NCBI GenBank assembly: GCA_038087875.1
Contig: CM075992.1
Location: 5,828,001 to 5,892,000 of the forward strand
DNA from: Malacoraja senta
Taxonomy: Eukaryota
Direction: 5' to 3'
DNA: 64,000 bases
Of this stretch, positions 50,804 through 63,601 are shown in pieces (position 1 is the stretch's first letter; the number at the start of each line of letters is the position of its first letter). The notes below the pieces were generated by a model. That model saw only the letters and a program-made list of their open reading frames with translations, had not been told where the DNA came from and did not search any database. A program made the translations under genes and the position numbers.

Positions 50804-50906
50804 CATGCAATAGGTTTTGTTCCTGGATCCTCTTTTTAATTGCATTTTTATCTTCCATTGCATCACGGAACTTCAGAGTCTTCTTATTCTTGTTCAGAAT
50901 ATATTC
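50804..50906 (-). CDS. AKAP8L: AKAP8/AKAP8L-family exon (EYILNKNKKTLKFRDAMEDKNAIKKRIQEQNLLH)
   Basis: 103 nt, phase 0-1; ccttccag acceptor and gtgagt donor; EY..N+.KK family motif. Confidence 0.92.
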
Positions 50907-51478
50907 CTGGAAGGAACGACAACCAAAATCTTAAAACAATCTCAATATACTGATGCTACTAGAAAATGATTAAATAAAGCTACAATTTACTATATGTACT
51001 TCCTTATTTTAATTGACAGGAAAATTATAGGCTGGCAACACAAGATCCCAGCAATAATTGAAATTCCCAGGGAAAGAACTCAGAGGATCACGCCTGTCCT
51101 TCAGATGGGACACCAGACTGAAATAGCCAGAATCAAAATGGCTACACTTCACAATGGGGATGCATGCCTAAAGTCATATTCAAAATATCTGTTAACAGGT
51201 ATGTTGCATTTACAGAATATTGAAGCAACAGATACCTTCGGTACAGCAACAGAATATGTCTCAGTTTCTACAGGGTGAATGGCAACCATACAACTTGTAC
51301 AAAACATCATCAGAGGCTATTAGTTCAATACCGTGCATCATTACAGCAACTGAAAAAACAAGCCAACGTTCCCCACTCAAGATATTGAGTCAATGAATTC
51401 TCACAACGTACATCTAATTTACATTCTACAAATAAAAGTTCAAGAAAAACGTTATTCTTAAATACAAAGTTAACCTAC

Positions 51479-51620
51479 ATGCAAAAAGTCAGCAGTTTGT
51501 TTGGGAAGCTTGGTCCCAATGAATTTGAAGTTTTCCTTATGGAATTTACTTTCCAAGTGAGGGAAAATTTCATCATCATCAAAGGTGCGAAACTTGCAAA
51601 CTGAGCAGACGTACATTATC
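51479..51620 (-). CDS. AKAP8L: AKAP8/AKAP8L-family exon, first AKAP95-type C2H2 zinc finger
   Basis: [48 protein letters not shown]; 142 nt, phase 2-0. Confidence 0.95.
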
Positions 51621-52287
51621 CTGAAATAACAAAGTTTGGTTAGTGGTGGAAAAGATGGAGACACTGTCCTGTATTCAACTGCAGAGCTGAAACTTAAATG
51701 CAAAGTAACCTCGCAAGTCTGCTAATTCGTTCCACAGAACCATAGAAAGTCATCCAGTTCATAATTTCTATATCAGGTTCAAACGAATTACACATCCTTT
51801 TCCCATCTTCCTGTACTGGACCTAAAACCCTGCAAGACACAAGACATCATGCACACATCCAAAGTATGATGATGATTTCTACCTCTCCCACCATTTCAGG
51901 CAGTGAGTTCTAAATTCCCACTACCTCTGGCTGGAAACATATTCCTTTTCTGCCATCCAATTCATCTATTAACGAGTTATTAATCACCACCATCACCCAT
52001 TCTTTGTTCAACCCCCCACCCTACCCCAGCCTCCTTTACTGCTTAGAAAATAACTAGCTTATCCAATCTTTTCTCTTTTATACACAGATGTAATATTCCA
52101 TCCATGGCAACTTTTTCACAAGTTTCCATTGCAATCATATATTTCCTGTAATGTGCTAATTTATCCTAATTATCGAGGCTTCAAATTGAATTCAAACTGA
52201 GATTTGCTTTTATACCTGACAAGAGATTCACTCTAAAGGGGCCAGTGAATGAAAAACAAAGTTTGCAAAAATCTATGTGCTTACTTA

Positions 52288-52522
52288 AGGGCCTGTCCCA
52301 CTTGGGCGTTATTTGCGCTTCATTTACGCGACATCATTTACGCATCACTAGTGCATTGTGACGCGCACATGGCGTGGATTACACGCGCATGGCGCGTGGT
52401 GAGACGTGGTGGCGTAGGCAGTGAGGCGCAGTCGCGCGCGGCGCCCCAGGATTTTGGGATTCACAAAATCTTTACGCGCCACCGGCGTGTCGCGCAAATA
52501 ACGCTCAAGTGGGACAGGCCCT
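52288..52522. mobile_element. PIF/Harbinger-type MITE (235 bp) in an AKAP8L intron
   Basis: 31-bp TIR with 1 mismatch (agggcctgtcccacttgggcgttatttgcgc); TTA at 52285-87 and 52523-25. Confidence 0.9.
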
Positions 52523-53506
52523 TTAGTTGATTGATCTCAGGTTGATTAAAAATCAACAATTTCTTAGTTTCTGTCCAATCAACCCTACCAACAACAAAGC
52601 AGCATTGGGCAATGCTCAGATCATCTTGGGTTTAAACATTTTTTTTTAAAGAATTCAGCAAGGCCAGCATTTACTACGTATCCCTAATTGTCCACAAGAA
52701 GGTGGTGGTGTGCTGTCTTGAGCATTGCAGTTTCTCTGGCATGGAACATACACACACACAATGTGCTGTTAGGTTGGGGCTTTCACGATTTAGACATTGC
52801 AATCATGAAGGACTGGCAATTTATTCTCAAATGAGGATAGAGAGTGACGGAGAGAGAAATCAGAAGGCAGTGGTATTCACACGCACCTTGGGCTTTGTCC
52901 TTTTTGTGCTGGAGATTGCAGGTTTGAGAAGTGCTGCCTGAGCAGCCCAGGCAGGTAATGCCTATGAATTTTATAGATGGTACTCACTGCAGCTGCTGTG
53001 CATCGGTAATGAAAGAAATAAACCCAAAGGTAGTTGATGGGATGCCAATCCTGTGGTCTAGTTGGCCCAAGATCGGGCCAAACAACTGATTGTTGAAACT
53101 GCACACATCCAGGCAAATGGAGAGTACTCCATCACAATCCTGTGCCTTGTAGACAGTGGGAAGGCTTTGGGGGTGTTTTAGATATGTACTGCAGGATATT
53201 CTACACATAGTATTTTCTGATCAACAGTGAATCAATAATCAACCTAGTAAAAATAACTACTTACTCATTAAAGTAGGTTATAATTAATGCATTAATATTT
53301 ATAAGAAATCACTATATAGATGAAAATGCACACTGTTTAATCACAACTGAGCTGTTTAAATTCCACAACTCATAATGCAAAAACATTAGTTCCGGCTATT
53401 CACTTATTCCGCAAAACAGTTTCTTCAAGTCATTTGGGAATATTTTCCTTTTACGTTTAGAATAAATATTTACAAACAGGACATGTATAAATGCAAAGCT
53501 TAATAC

Positions 53507-53600
53507 CTTTCTGTAATACGATCTCGCTGCTTCTTCTTTGGTTTCTCCTTGATATATTGCTTCTTTTTACTGTCACTAGTTTCTTCTTGGAGGTCACCAG
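53507..53600 (-). CDS. AKAP8L: AKAP8/AKAP8L-family exon (SGDLQEETSDSKKKQYIKEKPKKKQRDRITER)
   Basis: 94 nt, phase 1-2; basic KKKQRDR..ER motif preceding zinc finger 1. Confidence 0.9.
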
Positions 53601-53683
53601 CTAACAAAAACAGGAGTTAGTATCACAGGGATTCCATCAGATACACACAAACAAAAAAATAAACAGAAAACCAGTACTCTTAC

Positions 53684-53768
53684 ATTTCTTGGACTCATCA
53701 TCTTCACCCTCAGCAGATTCCTTTTTCTCCTTTTCAGGGCTATCACTTGATTCTTTATCCTCAACCCC
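53684..53768 (-). CDS. AKAP8L: AKAP8/AKAP8L-family acidic exon (GVEDKESSDSPEKEKKESAEGEDDESKK)
   Basis: 85 nt, phase 0-1; AG/GT boundaries; frame-compatible with its neighbours. Confidence 0.85.
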
Positions 53769-54189
53769 CTAAATCCAAAAAAAATGATTTAAATAATACA
53801 CTGAAAAAATATCCTAATTTTCTTTTACAAACCTACACTGGCTCAGATGTGGAATCATTGAAATTTAGTGTAGATTATCTGGAGATTGCATTAATCAGGC
53901 CCTACAGAATAATAGAATGAAACTAAATTTCTGCTCTAAACTACCAAAGAATAAAAACAAAATTAATTATGGTGGACCCTTCCACTATCTATAAGCACAA
54001 ATCAGACATTTGAAGGAACACTCTCCACTTGCCTGGATGACCAACAAATCTCTTGAGGCTCCACACCATTCAGGACAAAATAACCAGCTTGATTGGTTCA
54101 CAATCAACCATCTTAAACATTCATCTTCTCCACCATCAGCAACTCCATAGCATCTCCCAGACCTGTCACTTCAAAAGCTCAACGGCAGT

Positions 54190-54950
54190 TGGTCGGTGGG
54201 GCGGCGCTGCTTTTTTTGTTTTTTTTTAGTATGTCCAAATGTGTGTTTTAATGTCTCTCAGTGTGTCTTGTGTGGGGGTGGTGAGGGGGAAACCGCTTTC
54301 GGTCGCCTCCTCCACGGAGAGGAGACTTTATCCATGTCGCCTCCCTCGTGGCCTAACACCAAGGATTGGAGTGGCCTTTCCCGGGGTCGGGCCCAGAGCT
54401 TCAGCAGCGTGGACTATTTCCGATCGCTGACTGTTCAGCCTGAAGCCGCGGCATCCGGAGCCTGGGATCCCTCGTTGTGGATCCCCGGAGAAGAAGAGCT
54501 CCGACCCGCCGGCCCGCCAGCCTACAACATCTTGAAGCCACGGTCCGTGGAGCATCTAGCCGCGGGCGCGGCGGGGCTTACCATCGCCGAGGATCCCTCG
54601 CCGAGGATCCATGGAGAAGAGCTCCGACTGCCGGCCTGCGGCCTACGTCATCCTGAAGCCGCGGTCTCCGGTAGGGAAGCACCGATTCGGGACTTATCTT
54701 CCAGACTGAGAGGGTCTGTACATCTGGCCGCCCGCAGCGGCGATTTGCGGAGGTTTATGGCCCCGACCACAGGGGAACAATGGAGGACTGACTGTATTTT
54801 GTGCCCTCCACCACAGTGAAGAATGCTGTGGTGGATATTTGTGATATATTTTCATTGTGTATTCTTTGTGATTGTACCGCTGCTGGCAAGTTCATTTCAC
54901 TGCACCTTATTGTGTATGTGATGAATAAATCTGATTGATTGATTGATTGA
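54190..54950 (+). mobile_element. GC-rich non-autonomous retroelement with internal duplication and (TTGA)n tail
   Basis: Sharp GC/CpG contrast; ggatccctcg..ggagaagagctccgac..gcctac..catc.tgaagcc is repeated twice; aataaa + tgattgattgattga tail; interrupts an older LINE remnant. Confidence 0.55.
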
Positions 54951-55453
54951 GTTAGTATATAGGAAACCACTGCACGCAGGTACCCTTCCACGTCGTATAC
55001 TATCTTGACTTGGAACCATACAGTTTCTCCTTCATTGTCAGAGTCTAATTCCTGGGACTCCCTCCCCAACAGAACTATGGGAGGACCTCCACCTGAAGGT
55101 CTGCAGTGGTTCAAGGTGGCCACCTTAAGGGTGATAAATCGCTAGCTTTACTAGCATTCCCCAGATCCTGAAAGTAAATTACAAATATATAGATAAATAA
55201 TAATGATTGTGGGTCAGAAGAAACCCCTTTGATCTTTAGCATTTTACCATTTCATACGACGTGAAGAAAAATTAGGGAACCTGTGGCCAGGAAGTAATCA
55301 AGCACTTGCACAAGGATATTTACTGAATATGACAGTGAATATTAAATTGGTTAGAGCTCTCCAGATGTATCCCCAGAAACCTAACTTACTGGCTTACTGA
55401 AATCATTACTGTTTAAAATGGCCACAATTTTCAAGACTTCAATAAATACTTAC

Positions 55454-55515
55454 AGCACTTGCGTCACCTGCAGCAACATCTTCAGCATCATCTGCATCAT
55501 CTGCGTCCCTCTCTT
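55454..55515 (-). CDS. AKAP8L: AKAP8/AKAP8L-family acidic exon (EERDADDADDAEDVAAGDASA)
   Basis: 62 nt, phase 1-0; tatatag acceptor and gtaagt donor. Confidence 0.85.
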
Positions 55516-56122
55516 CTATATACAAAACACAATTAATATACTTATTAACATGTTGTCCAAATCATCAGATTTCAGAAAAAAGAAAAACAGCGAATGCATT
55601 GGTGAATACTTGCACAATTCCCTCAAAAGAAAATTTGCTAGGATCCTTAAACGAAGGAAAAAATAACAAAAAAACACCATCACATAGATTTTTCTTGTGC
55701 TATATTACAGCAAAAAAACAACAACAAAAAACCCCCATGAATTGCTAGTCTCAAAATGACATCCTGGCTGGTAGCTGTTTAGGAAGATACATTGGGTTCA
55801 GCATTACAGGTTGCTACACGTTTTATGTAAAAATATAGGTTTTATAACATCGGGGAAATACACCATACAACACAATGTGCCCAAGTTCCAACCTTAATAT
55901 ATTTTAAATATTAAAATAATGGAGCTCAAATCCATTCCCAGAGAGGGAGAGACAGGTAATTGTTCCAAACTGCTGCCTATCACCACTATTGGAAAGTTGG
56001 TTAAAATCAGTTTTATGATGTTGGACTAACTCTACAGATGAATGGGTTACCTAAACTCCTTATCTAGAATGACAATCAAGTCAAAGAGGAAGAAGGTGCA
56101 ATATCAAATTTTTAAAAGTTAC

Positions 56123-56243
56123 CTTCTTCACTGTCTGATAAATCTGACTGGTCTGTTCTTGACATTTTGAAGTCTGGTTCATCATTGCTTCCAGTTGATT
56201 GCTTCCTCTTCATTCCACCTATTATTCCACCTCTACCTCTCCT
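56123..56243 (-). CDS. AKAP8L: AKAP8/AKAP8L-family exon with NLS-like KRKQ (RRGRGGIIGGMKRKQSTGSNDEPDFKMSRTDQSDLSDSEE)
   Basis: 121 nt, phase 0-1; KRKQ....DEPD.K..RTD is the family motif. Confidence 0.92.
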
Positions 56244-57077
56244 CTGTCACAAAGATATTACAGTATTGGTCAACATGATTCTGTTAACTAAAAGAAATCA
56301 TGTTCCTCAGGTGCATAGAACACAAATTGTTCACATCACTATTCTGGATTCAAACTTTGACCCAGATTCATTTCTAATTCTTGCAAATGCTCAAAACAAC
56401 CAACTAATCTCTTTCTACAATTCAATAGAGACTATGTTCCAATTCTAATATTTCATACACGTTTAATCAAATCGAAACTTTTGTCTGTGATACATGGTAA
56501 TCCAGTCATCCACTAGTTTGTGAAAATGGTTGAATACATCTAAGCACTTAAATGAAAATTAACTGAAGCGTACAAAACCTTTACACCCAGAAATTGGAAC
56601 AGTGAATCTTAAAACTTGTTTTAAAATTCCAGCTGTGCATGATATGTTTCCAATGAAATAGATGTAATGCAAATGAAAAACAAATGTCAAAGAGACCAAC
56701 AACCACTATGCTATACATATCTGTTATTTGTTCTCTGTGTTAACAACATTTTACCATGCTAACATTCTCAACTGGCCTTGAATTTTGTTTTCTGTATCCA
56801 GACCTTTTAAGTTCTCATCTTAACAGTAGGCATAGTTTCTATTAAACTAAAGTTGCACCCACAAATCCTTTATTTGGATTTTCTGAACCATTCTGTATAT
56901 TTGACCATTTCTATTTTGTCTTTCAACTAGCCTTTACATTTTACTTTTTAAACAATTACAGATCAGAAAGGGATTGTGCCTGGCATTTGGAATTTGAAGT
57001 CTTTGAGTTGCTAAAATTTCACCTAACTGAATGCTTTTGTTTACAACCTTGTAAAATAGTACAAGTATTTTACTTAC

Positions 57078-57546
57078 ACCTCTGCCCCGATTCCAATCTC
57101 TCCTTCGTGGTCTGTAACCTCCAAACTGTTTTCCCATTCCTTGCATTCCATATGGCCCATAGCCAGAGGTGAAGGCATGGGAGAAGAGCGAAGGGGGGTT
57201 CCTGGAGGGAGCAGCATAACCCCTGCCACCCATTCCCATCGACATCTCATTCCAGCACGCTGATAGTCGCTCGGTACTCGATGATGAGAAGTGGTCGTTC
57301 CGGTAAGGCCTGTTATTTGGAACCCAGTCTCTAGACCAGTTCTGACCCCGAAACTTGCCCGGACCATCACGTGCTCTGTAGCGGAAGTTATCCCTGCGGT
57401 TCCTGTTGAAGTTGTCAAAGCGGTCAAAACGACCTCCATACGAATCATTACGATAAGGTCCAGATTCACTGTAATCGAAGCCAGATCGGAACAGATCGCG
57501 GTCGTCCAACGAAGACCTGGAGTCATAGGACTCAAAAGGAGCAAAC
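57078..57546 (-). CDS. AKAP8L: AKAP8/AKAP8L-family large exon (FAPFESYDSR...PPSLFS...RGRG)
   Basis: 469 nt, phase 2-0; ctctttcag acceptor and gtaagt donor; lies within ORF 56934-57566. Confidence 0.93.
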
Positions 57547-59647
57547 CTGAAAGAGTTGCACAGCAAGCAAGGAATGTGGTCAGTAGCTGGAATGTGGTCA
57601 GTAGCTCAAACACCAAGAATACTGTTAAAAAAAGAAAAGAAACAAAGAATATTCCCTAAATTAGCAATGGAATCTGATAATAAACCAGTAATGATCTGTC
57701 TGTTACCAATTTAAAAGCCTCATTATTGACTCTAAACTCTAGACTATGTTAGGACTATGCCCTAACGTTAACAAGTATTCATAGTTGCTAACCTATGCGC
57801 TCTAAACCTGTACACTATTCATCATCCCCGAGAAATGTGACAACTAATAATGGTCAATATATGAATGGAACCAGATTGAAATTATTCTTATGGCATAATA
57901 GGAGGCCATTCAGACCAGATACAATGCTCTCAGGGCAATCCCAATAATCTAATCCCCCATATCCCCTGTTCTCACCGCCCACGACACAAAGGGTAATTTA
58001 CCATGCTGAATTAAACAGCCAATCAATATGTCTTCAAGCAGACACAAGAGACTGCAGTTGCTGGACTATTGAGCAAAAGGACATTGCTGGAGGAACTCAG
58101 CAGGTCAGGCAGCAACTGAGCAGAGTATGTTGTCTCCGATAAATAATATGTTCCTTTTCATTACCCCTCCCACATGTACGGTCCCCCATACCACCAACAT
58201 CTTCTTTGCACTCCCCACATGTTCTCATAAGCTGCTTGCAGTTTGTTCCTGTTGGACAAGTATACATCCCAAGACTTCTCAATCACTCTCTTATAGATAC
58301 CAATTACTATCTATCTTGTACTTACATTCTACTATCCATGACCACTGCTCAAATCCAGGCATCAACCCATCCAAATACTTCAACACCACCAAAGGAGTGC
58401 AAGTTCCTTACTCTACCCCCTTGCATCTCAATATCTGCAACAACCTCCAGTTATGTAGACGTTCTGTACGGTGCAGATATGCATTCTTATCCTTTCGTGA
58501 GACAAGAAATTGTTTTTAAAGACAACAAGTGTTTCAAAGTAGCAGACATAGAAATATGGTAGTTGTAGCACAAGAATTAATTTGCGGAAAGTCAAACTGC
58601 ACGATACAAACACGTCCGTCCATGTCATTGACAAAATCAGTGTTCCATAGGAAATGGTAGTGTCCATTACTTTACCCTCAAGAAACTGCATGTCTATTTC
58701 AGCAAACCCTGATAAATGGTCACCGTGCTAGACTGAATTTTACCCTCATTGACATTACAGTTATATTTACATGTATATGGTTACCTCAAGTCCAGTGACA
58801 TATCAAGCACTTTCCAAAAACCAAGGCGTCAGTAGTGGACCACAGGCTACTCTGCTACAGAGACAAGATCAGGGATAATCTCACAACTGCTTAAATCATA
58901 AAACACATGGCACCTATCAATGAAGCTACTTGGGATCTATTAGGAATCCTTCACCCAATAGTCACAACAGTGCAATTATTATTAGTCCCATTACCTCACT
59001 TTTCCTCAGAACCTGAACAGCTATATATTGCTTTGATAAGTGCATTAGTCAAACATCAATTCAGCACAAGGCTTGAACAATTATAATAGTGCCCCGATTC
59101 ATCTTGAAATTATTTCTCTACAACCAATTTAAAATCACAAATGTTGACTTGCCAATGAAACTACCAGAGAGAGCTACAACAAGACAAAAGCTGTTTAGGG
59201 CAAGAAATTCTGCTTAATAACTCGTACTGATGACTCTGTGAGTATTGGCTATGTTGCTATTGCTTCTTGACATGTGGTTTGGTTAAAGTCAATGGAATCA
59301 AGCATCAGGAGTCAATAGAATCAAGTATCAGGAAACACAACCATTTGGCCTGCAACTGCTTATCTCACGACCTTTTAGCACCTGCAATCAGAGGTAAATT
59401 ACTTAACCTTCATGTCCACCACCTGAATCTACACAAAATATACAAAAATATGTAAGCAAACAATGTCAGAAGGACAGAGTAGAGTAAACAATGTATCCAC
59501 CATTGAAACAAAAAGTGAAGTGTAATGACTCACTCAATGTCTTTGCAGGCGTAATCTATAAAACTCAAAATACCTCAACTAGTATAGAATGATCACCTAC
59601 TAGATTAGTCTCCTGACCAATACACAGCAATTCCTAAGTTTTGATAC

Positions 59648-59822
59648 CTTTCCTGTTCGTCATTGTCGTTACGAGAAAGCAAATCTAACCGTTGGTTAAT
59701 TTTAGTAACAATGGATTCAGAATTATGGCTGGCATTGCCTCTGTGCGAGTCCCATGATTTGCCACCATAGCCATAGTTTGATCCAGAGCCTTGTCCATAG
59801 CCATAGTCGTAGTCATCATAGC
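59648..59822 (-). CDS. AKAP8L: AKAP8/AKAP8L-family YG-rich exon (GYDDYDYGYG...KINQRLDLLSR...QER)
   Basis: 175 nt, phase 1-2; INQRLD family motif; strong polypyrimidine acceptor. Confidence 0.93.
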
Positions 59823-60588
59823 CTGAGGAAGAAAAGAAGAATGGACTGAGCTTGCAAGTTATCAGTGATACGAGCAACAATTTCACACTATGGAGAACAA
59901 TTGATGTATTGATAGATAATGTTCATAAAAACATTAGCCAGATGACTGAAAGCTGGAGGCTATGTGTAAAAAAAAAAAAAAATTGATCATATTATCAAAT
60001 TTTTGGACTGAAAAACTAGTCGTCAGTATAGAAATCAGTTTGTAAGTCAGATAGATGATACTAGTTTTTTGTTTAAACCATTTACAGTATAAAAATCCAT
60101 ATCCCATAGGTAACTACATTTGACTTAGTAAAATAGTGCAATAGTATTTCTATCTGGAAATAAGTCAAAAGTTGAAACTTCGCAAAAATTATGACCATCA
60201 AATGAATTACAAATGTTCAACATTGCATCAGCCAATTAAGTAACGTTACAGTATAGTTGTAGTTGTCACCAGTTTTAACGATGTGGCCAAGGTGAGGTTC
60301 CCTTCTCTTCTCTATTTGCTAGCCTACCATAGCCCCCAAAAATTGAAAATCTATCATCCTTTGTGCAGTACAATGTAACAGAAAAAAGATTTGATATAAA
60401 AAACAAAGTACAAGCAATGCATATTAGTGGGAGGATTCTTAATGCAGAACCTGTTAAGCCTTTCAATGCAGACACAGGTTCGAATGATAATTTCAATGTT
60501 GGTGGAGGGGCAAACAATTAAGAAAAAGGGACCAGAGAAGCTATTTTGCCTCATCAGTCTCTCCCTTTGTGTCACTGAGAATTTTTAC

Positions 60589-60627
60589 CTGCGCCGGATG
60601 ATTCAGCGCTCCAGTTCCCATATGAGC
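60589..60627 (-). CDS. AKAP8L: AKAP8/AKAP8L-family 39-nt micro-exon (GSYGNWSAESSGA)
   Basis: ttttgtag acceptor and CAG|gtaaaa donor; phase 1-1; YG.W motif as in the family's N-terminal small exons. The start-codon exon was not found and is presumably beyond 64000. Confidence 0.8.
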
Positions 60628-60781
60628 CTACAAAATGAAAGACATTTAAAATGTTTTGGTTTACTTCAGATTTAAAAAAAAAAGTTAATTCTGATACAAG
60701 CTGACAAACAGAATATAATAACAATTCACTAAAGTTGTTCACTAAACGTTTGCTCCAGTGATAAAAGACATGTAGCATTTT

Positions 60782-61092
60782 AGGGCGACACGGTGGCGCA
60801 ATGGTAGAGTTGCTGCCTTACAGCGCCAGTAGACCCGGGTTCAATCTTAACTACGAGTGCTGTCCGTGCAGAGTTTGTACATTCTCCCCGAGACCACGTG
60901 GAGTTTCTCCAAGATCTTCGGTTTCCTCCCACATTCCAAAGACGTAGAGGGTTTGTGGGTTAATTGGCTTGGTATAGGTGTAAATTGTCCCTAGAATGTG
61001 TAGGATAGTGTTAATGTGTGGGGACAGTGGTCAGTGCGAACTCAGTGGGCCGAAGGGCCTGTTTCCGCGGTGTATCTCTAAACTAAACTAAA
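60782..61092 (+). mobile_element. tRNA-derived V-SINE (HE1-like), full length
   Basis: A box ggtggcgcaatggt, B box gggttcaatc, V-domain-like core, CR1-like tail gggccgaagggcctgtt and (CTAAA)n. Confidence 0.88.
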
Positions 61093-63601
61093 TGTATAAA
61101 GCAACGTCCACAACTTTGCAAAACAAGTTACAGCCAATAATGTACCTACAAGTGTAACTACATTTGCATTTCAGGGAACTTGGCAGACAAACTGCTCACA
61201 ATGTATAACTCTAGCAACACAGCAATTCCTTTGCTGCAGCCATGATGTTGTGCTTGAGTTTGACTTAAAGCTAGAACCTTGAACTACTTGTACACATGGT
61301 GCAATAGAATGATCATTAAACCTCACAGATAATATCTCAGATGGTCTTAAAGGGTTCCATGACACTATTGTATTAGAAAGGCGCTATATAAATCCCATCC
61401 ATTATTATCCAAGAATTCAGTAGTTATTCCCAAAGTGCTCACCAATATTTACCCCTCAGCCAAAGATCATCCCACCAATTTCTCACAGATGTTCTTTTCC
61501 CCCTCAAACGGGTCACTGCTTTCTTACAACTAGAGATAAACTTCACATCAAAGGTATAATTTGTGGGTAGAATCTTTAGATGACAGAAATCATGATCAGT
61601 GGAATGTAAATGTAATAATTGAAGCTTTCTTTCTTTGATATCTCCAGGTTATTCTTGTGATTATGTTCATTGCAAAACAGATTAATTAAATAATGAATTT
61701 TAAAAGTTGTTAAGACACCCAAGGTAAACACAGAACATTGAAGATACTTTTGTACAGTTCACTCATTTTCTATTTCCAAACCACATTCTTGGACATTATG
61801 ACCATAACAGAATTCAGAGGATCTGTTTGGTTATTGCATTTGTTACATTTATATTACAATGCGTGTGTATATTTACATTACTACTGTTCTTCACAATATT
61901 TTTAAATGTGTAATTGTTTCATTTAATTAGATGATAATTGTAAAAACATTTCACACAGATGCACACATTTGGCAACTTATCTTTCCAGGAACCAATTGTT
62001 TTAACATTTGAATCAGCGTTTACATATTGGCAAACTAATCAATTCCAAAGCCGAAAAGACAGATCAAAACCAAACTACCACTGCATTATGAAAGGATGCC
62101 TTCCTGTTGTTCAGTCCCTTGAGGCTAATGGTGACTAACTTTCACTCTTGCTGTGTGGATTCTAAGGTACCTAATGAGGCCAATGTGGAGATATATGACA
62201 TGAGTCTGAAGAAGGGTCTTGACCCGAAATGTCACCCATTCCTTCTCTCCAGAGATGCTGCCTGTCCCTCTGAGTTACTCCAGCATTTTGTGTCTATCTT
62301 CCGTACAAGACACGGGAGATGGATAGATAGCATGGGAGGTGGTACCTTGTTTCTGATGTTTTCCTATGGTTTTAGCATTCTCCAGAAGGCTCGAGGTCAT
62401 CCAGATTGTTCCTCCTTGATTTTCAGCTTTCAGGAACTGGATAACAACCTTAAATCACTGCTACCCACCCAAATATCTCTTGCCACAAGAGTGCAGAGGA
62501 GCATGTCTTTTTTGGGCTGGGTGGAGAGGAAGCATTTTATAGAATGGCAAGTTGTACAAATCCTTTGTCTTGCTGATGCTTTGTGTCAGGATCATTTTCT
62601 CATACACTTTGGGAAATAAGTCACGATTTTGAGCCTGGCTTCCAATTGAGTGCACGTGCAAGCTTTGTCAGCACATTGCAGCTTGATGACCGAGGTTAGA
62701 GTGACCTTAATATTGGACGATATGGGTTGCACAGTTTGCTACTTGTCTTCTGAATTAGTTCACTGCAGCACAAAGCTTGCTGGAGACGTAATGCATCGTG
62801 AAAAATTGAGAAAATTGTTGGGAAGACAATACAACCTTCCTTGACACCAGTGTGCATTCAGAACCTGGGGGTTAAAATCATGGCTTGCATAACAATGTGG
62901 AGCAGATGGAGAATTAACTTGAAGTGCTCAGCAGCAAAACTTGAGATATGTACTTCATGGTCCATCTTAAATTACAGAATCAAAGGGTTTTGTGAGGTCA
63001 GCAAAGGTCCAATGCAATGATTTTAGATGGCATTGTCACAGAATGAGGAAACTATCCATTGTACATCTCAAGTCAAGTCAAGTGAGTTTATTGTCATGTG
63101 TCCCTGATAGGACAATGAAATTCTTGCATTGCTTCAGCACACAGAACATAGTAGGCTTTTACTACAAAACAGATCAGTGTGTCCATATACCATAATATAA
63201 ATATATACACTCATGAATAAATAAACTGATAAAGTGCAGATAACAGATAATGGGTTATTAATAATCAGAGTTTTTTCCGAGCCAGGTTTAATAGCCTGAT
63301 GGCTGTGGGGAAGTAGCTATCTGGATGAACAGCTCTACTCAAGGGGTCAAGGAGAATCTTTTCAGCCACAGGGAAGAAGGGGCTGACAAGGACTTTCCTC
63401 AGTAGAGAAATCCCTCTGTCATTACCACAATTGATTTTGAATCCATTTCTCCAAACAGAATTTCAACAGGAATGCAGTCTGTTCAGAAGTCAGTTTTTCA
63501 CGAAAATATAGTTTAAAATGTGCTTATTCTGCTGGAAGATTTTCCCTTATTTACGTTAACTTTTTTAGTAAGCAACCACACCAGAGAAAAGGGTTAATGT
63601 C

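Noticed and set aside
54196-54819. 207-aa ORF / apparent CpG island inside the AKAP8L gene
   Set aside because: It lies in a GC-rich interspersed repeat with a simple-repeat tail, has no recognisable domain and has no promoter motif cluster.
60328-60360. Extra AKAP8L micro-exon containing GGYG
   Set aside because: No acceptor gives the required phase 1-1 open frame, and the flanking exons already join in frame.
60782-60860. tRNA gene
   Set aside because: The A/B boxes belong to a SINE head that continues into the SINE body and tail; there is no full cloverleaf.
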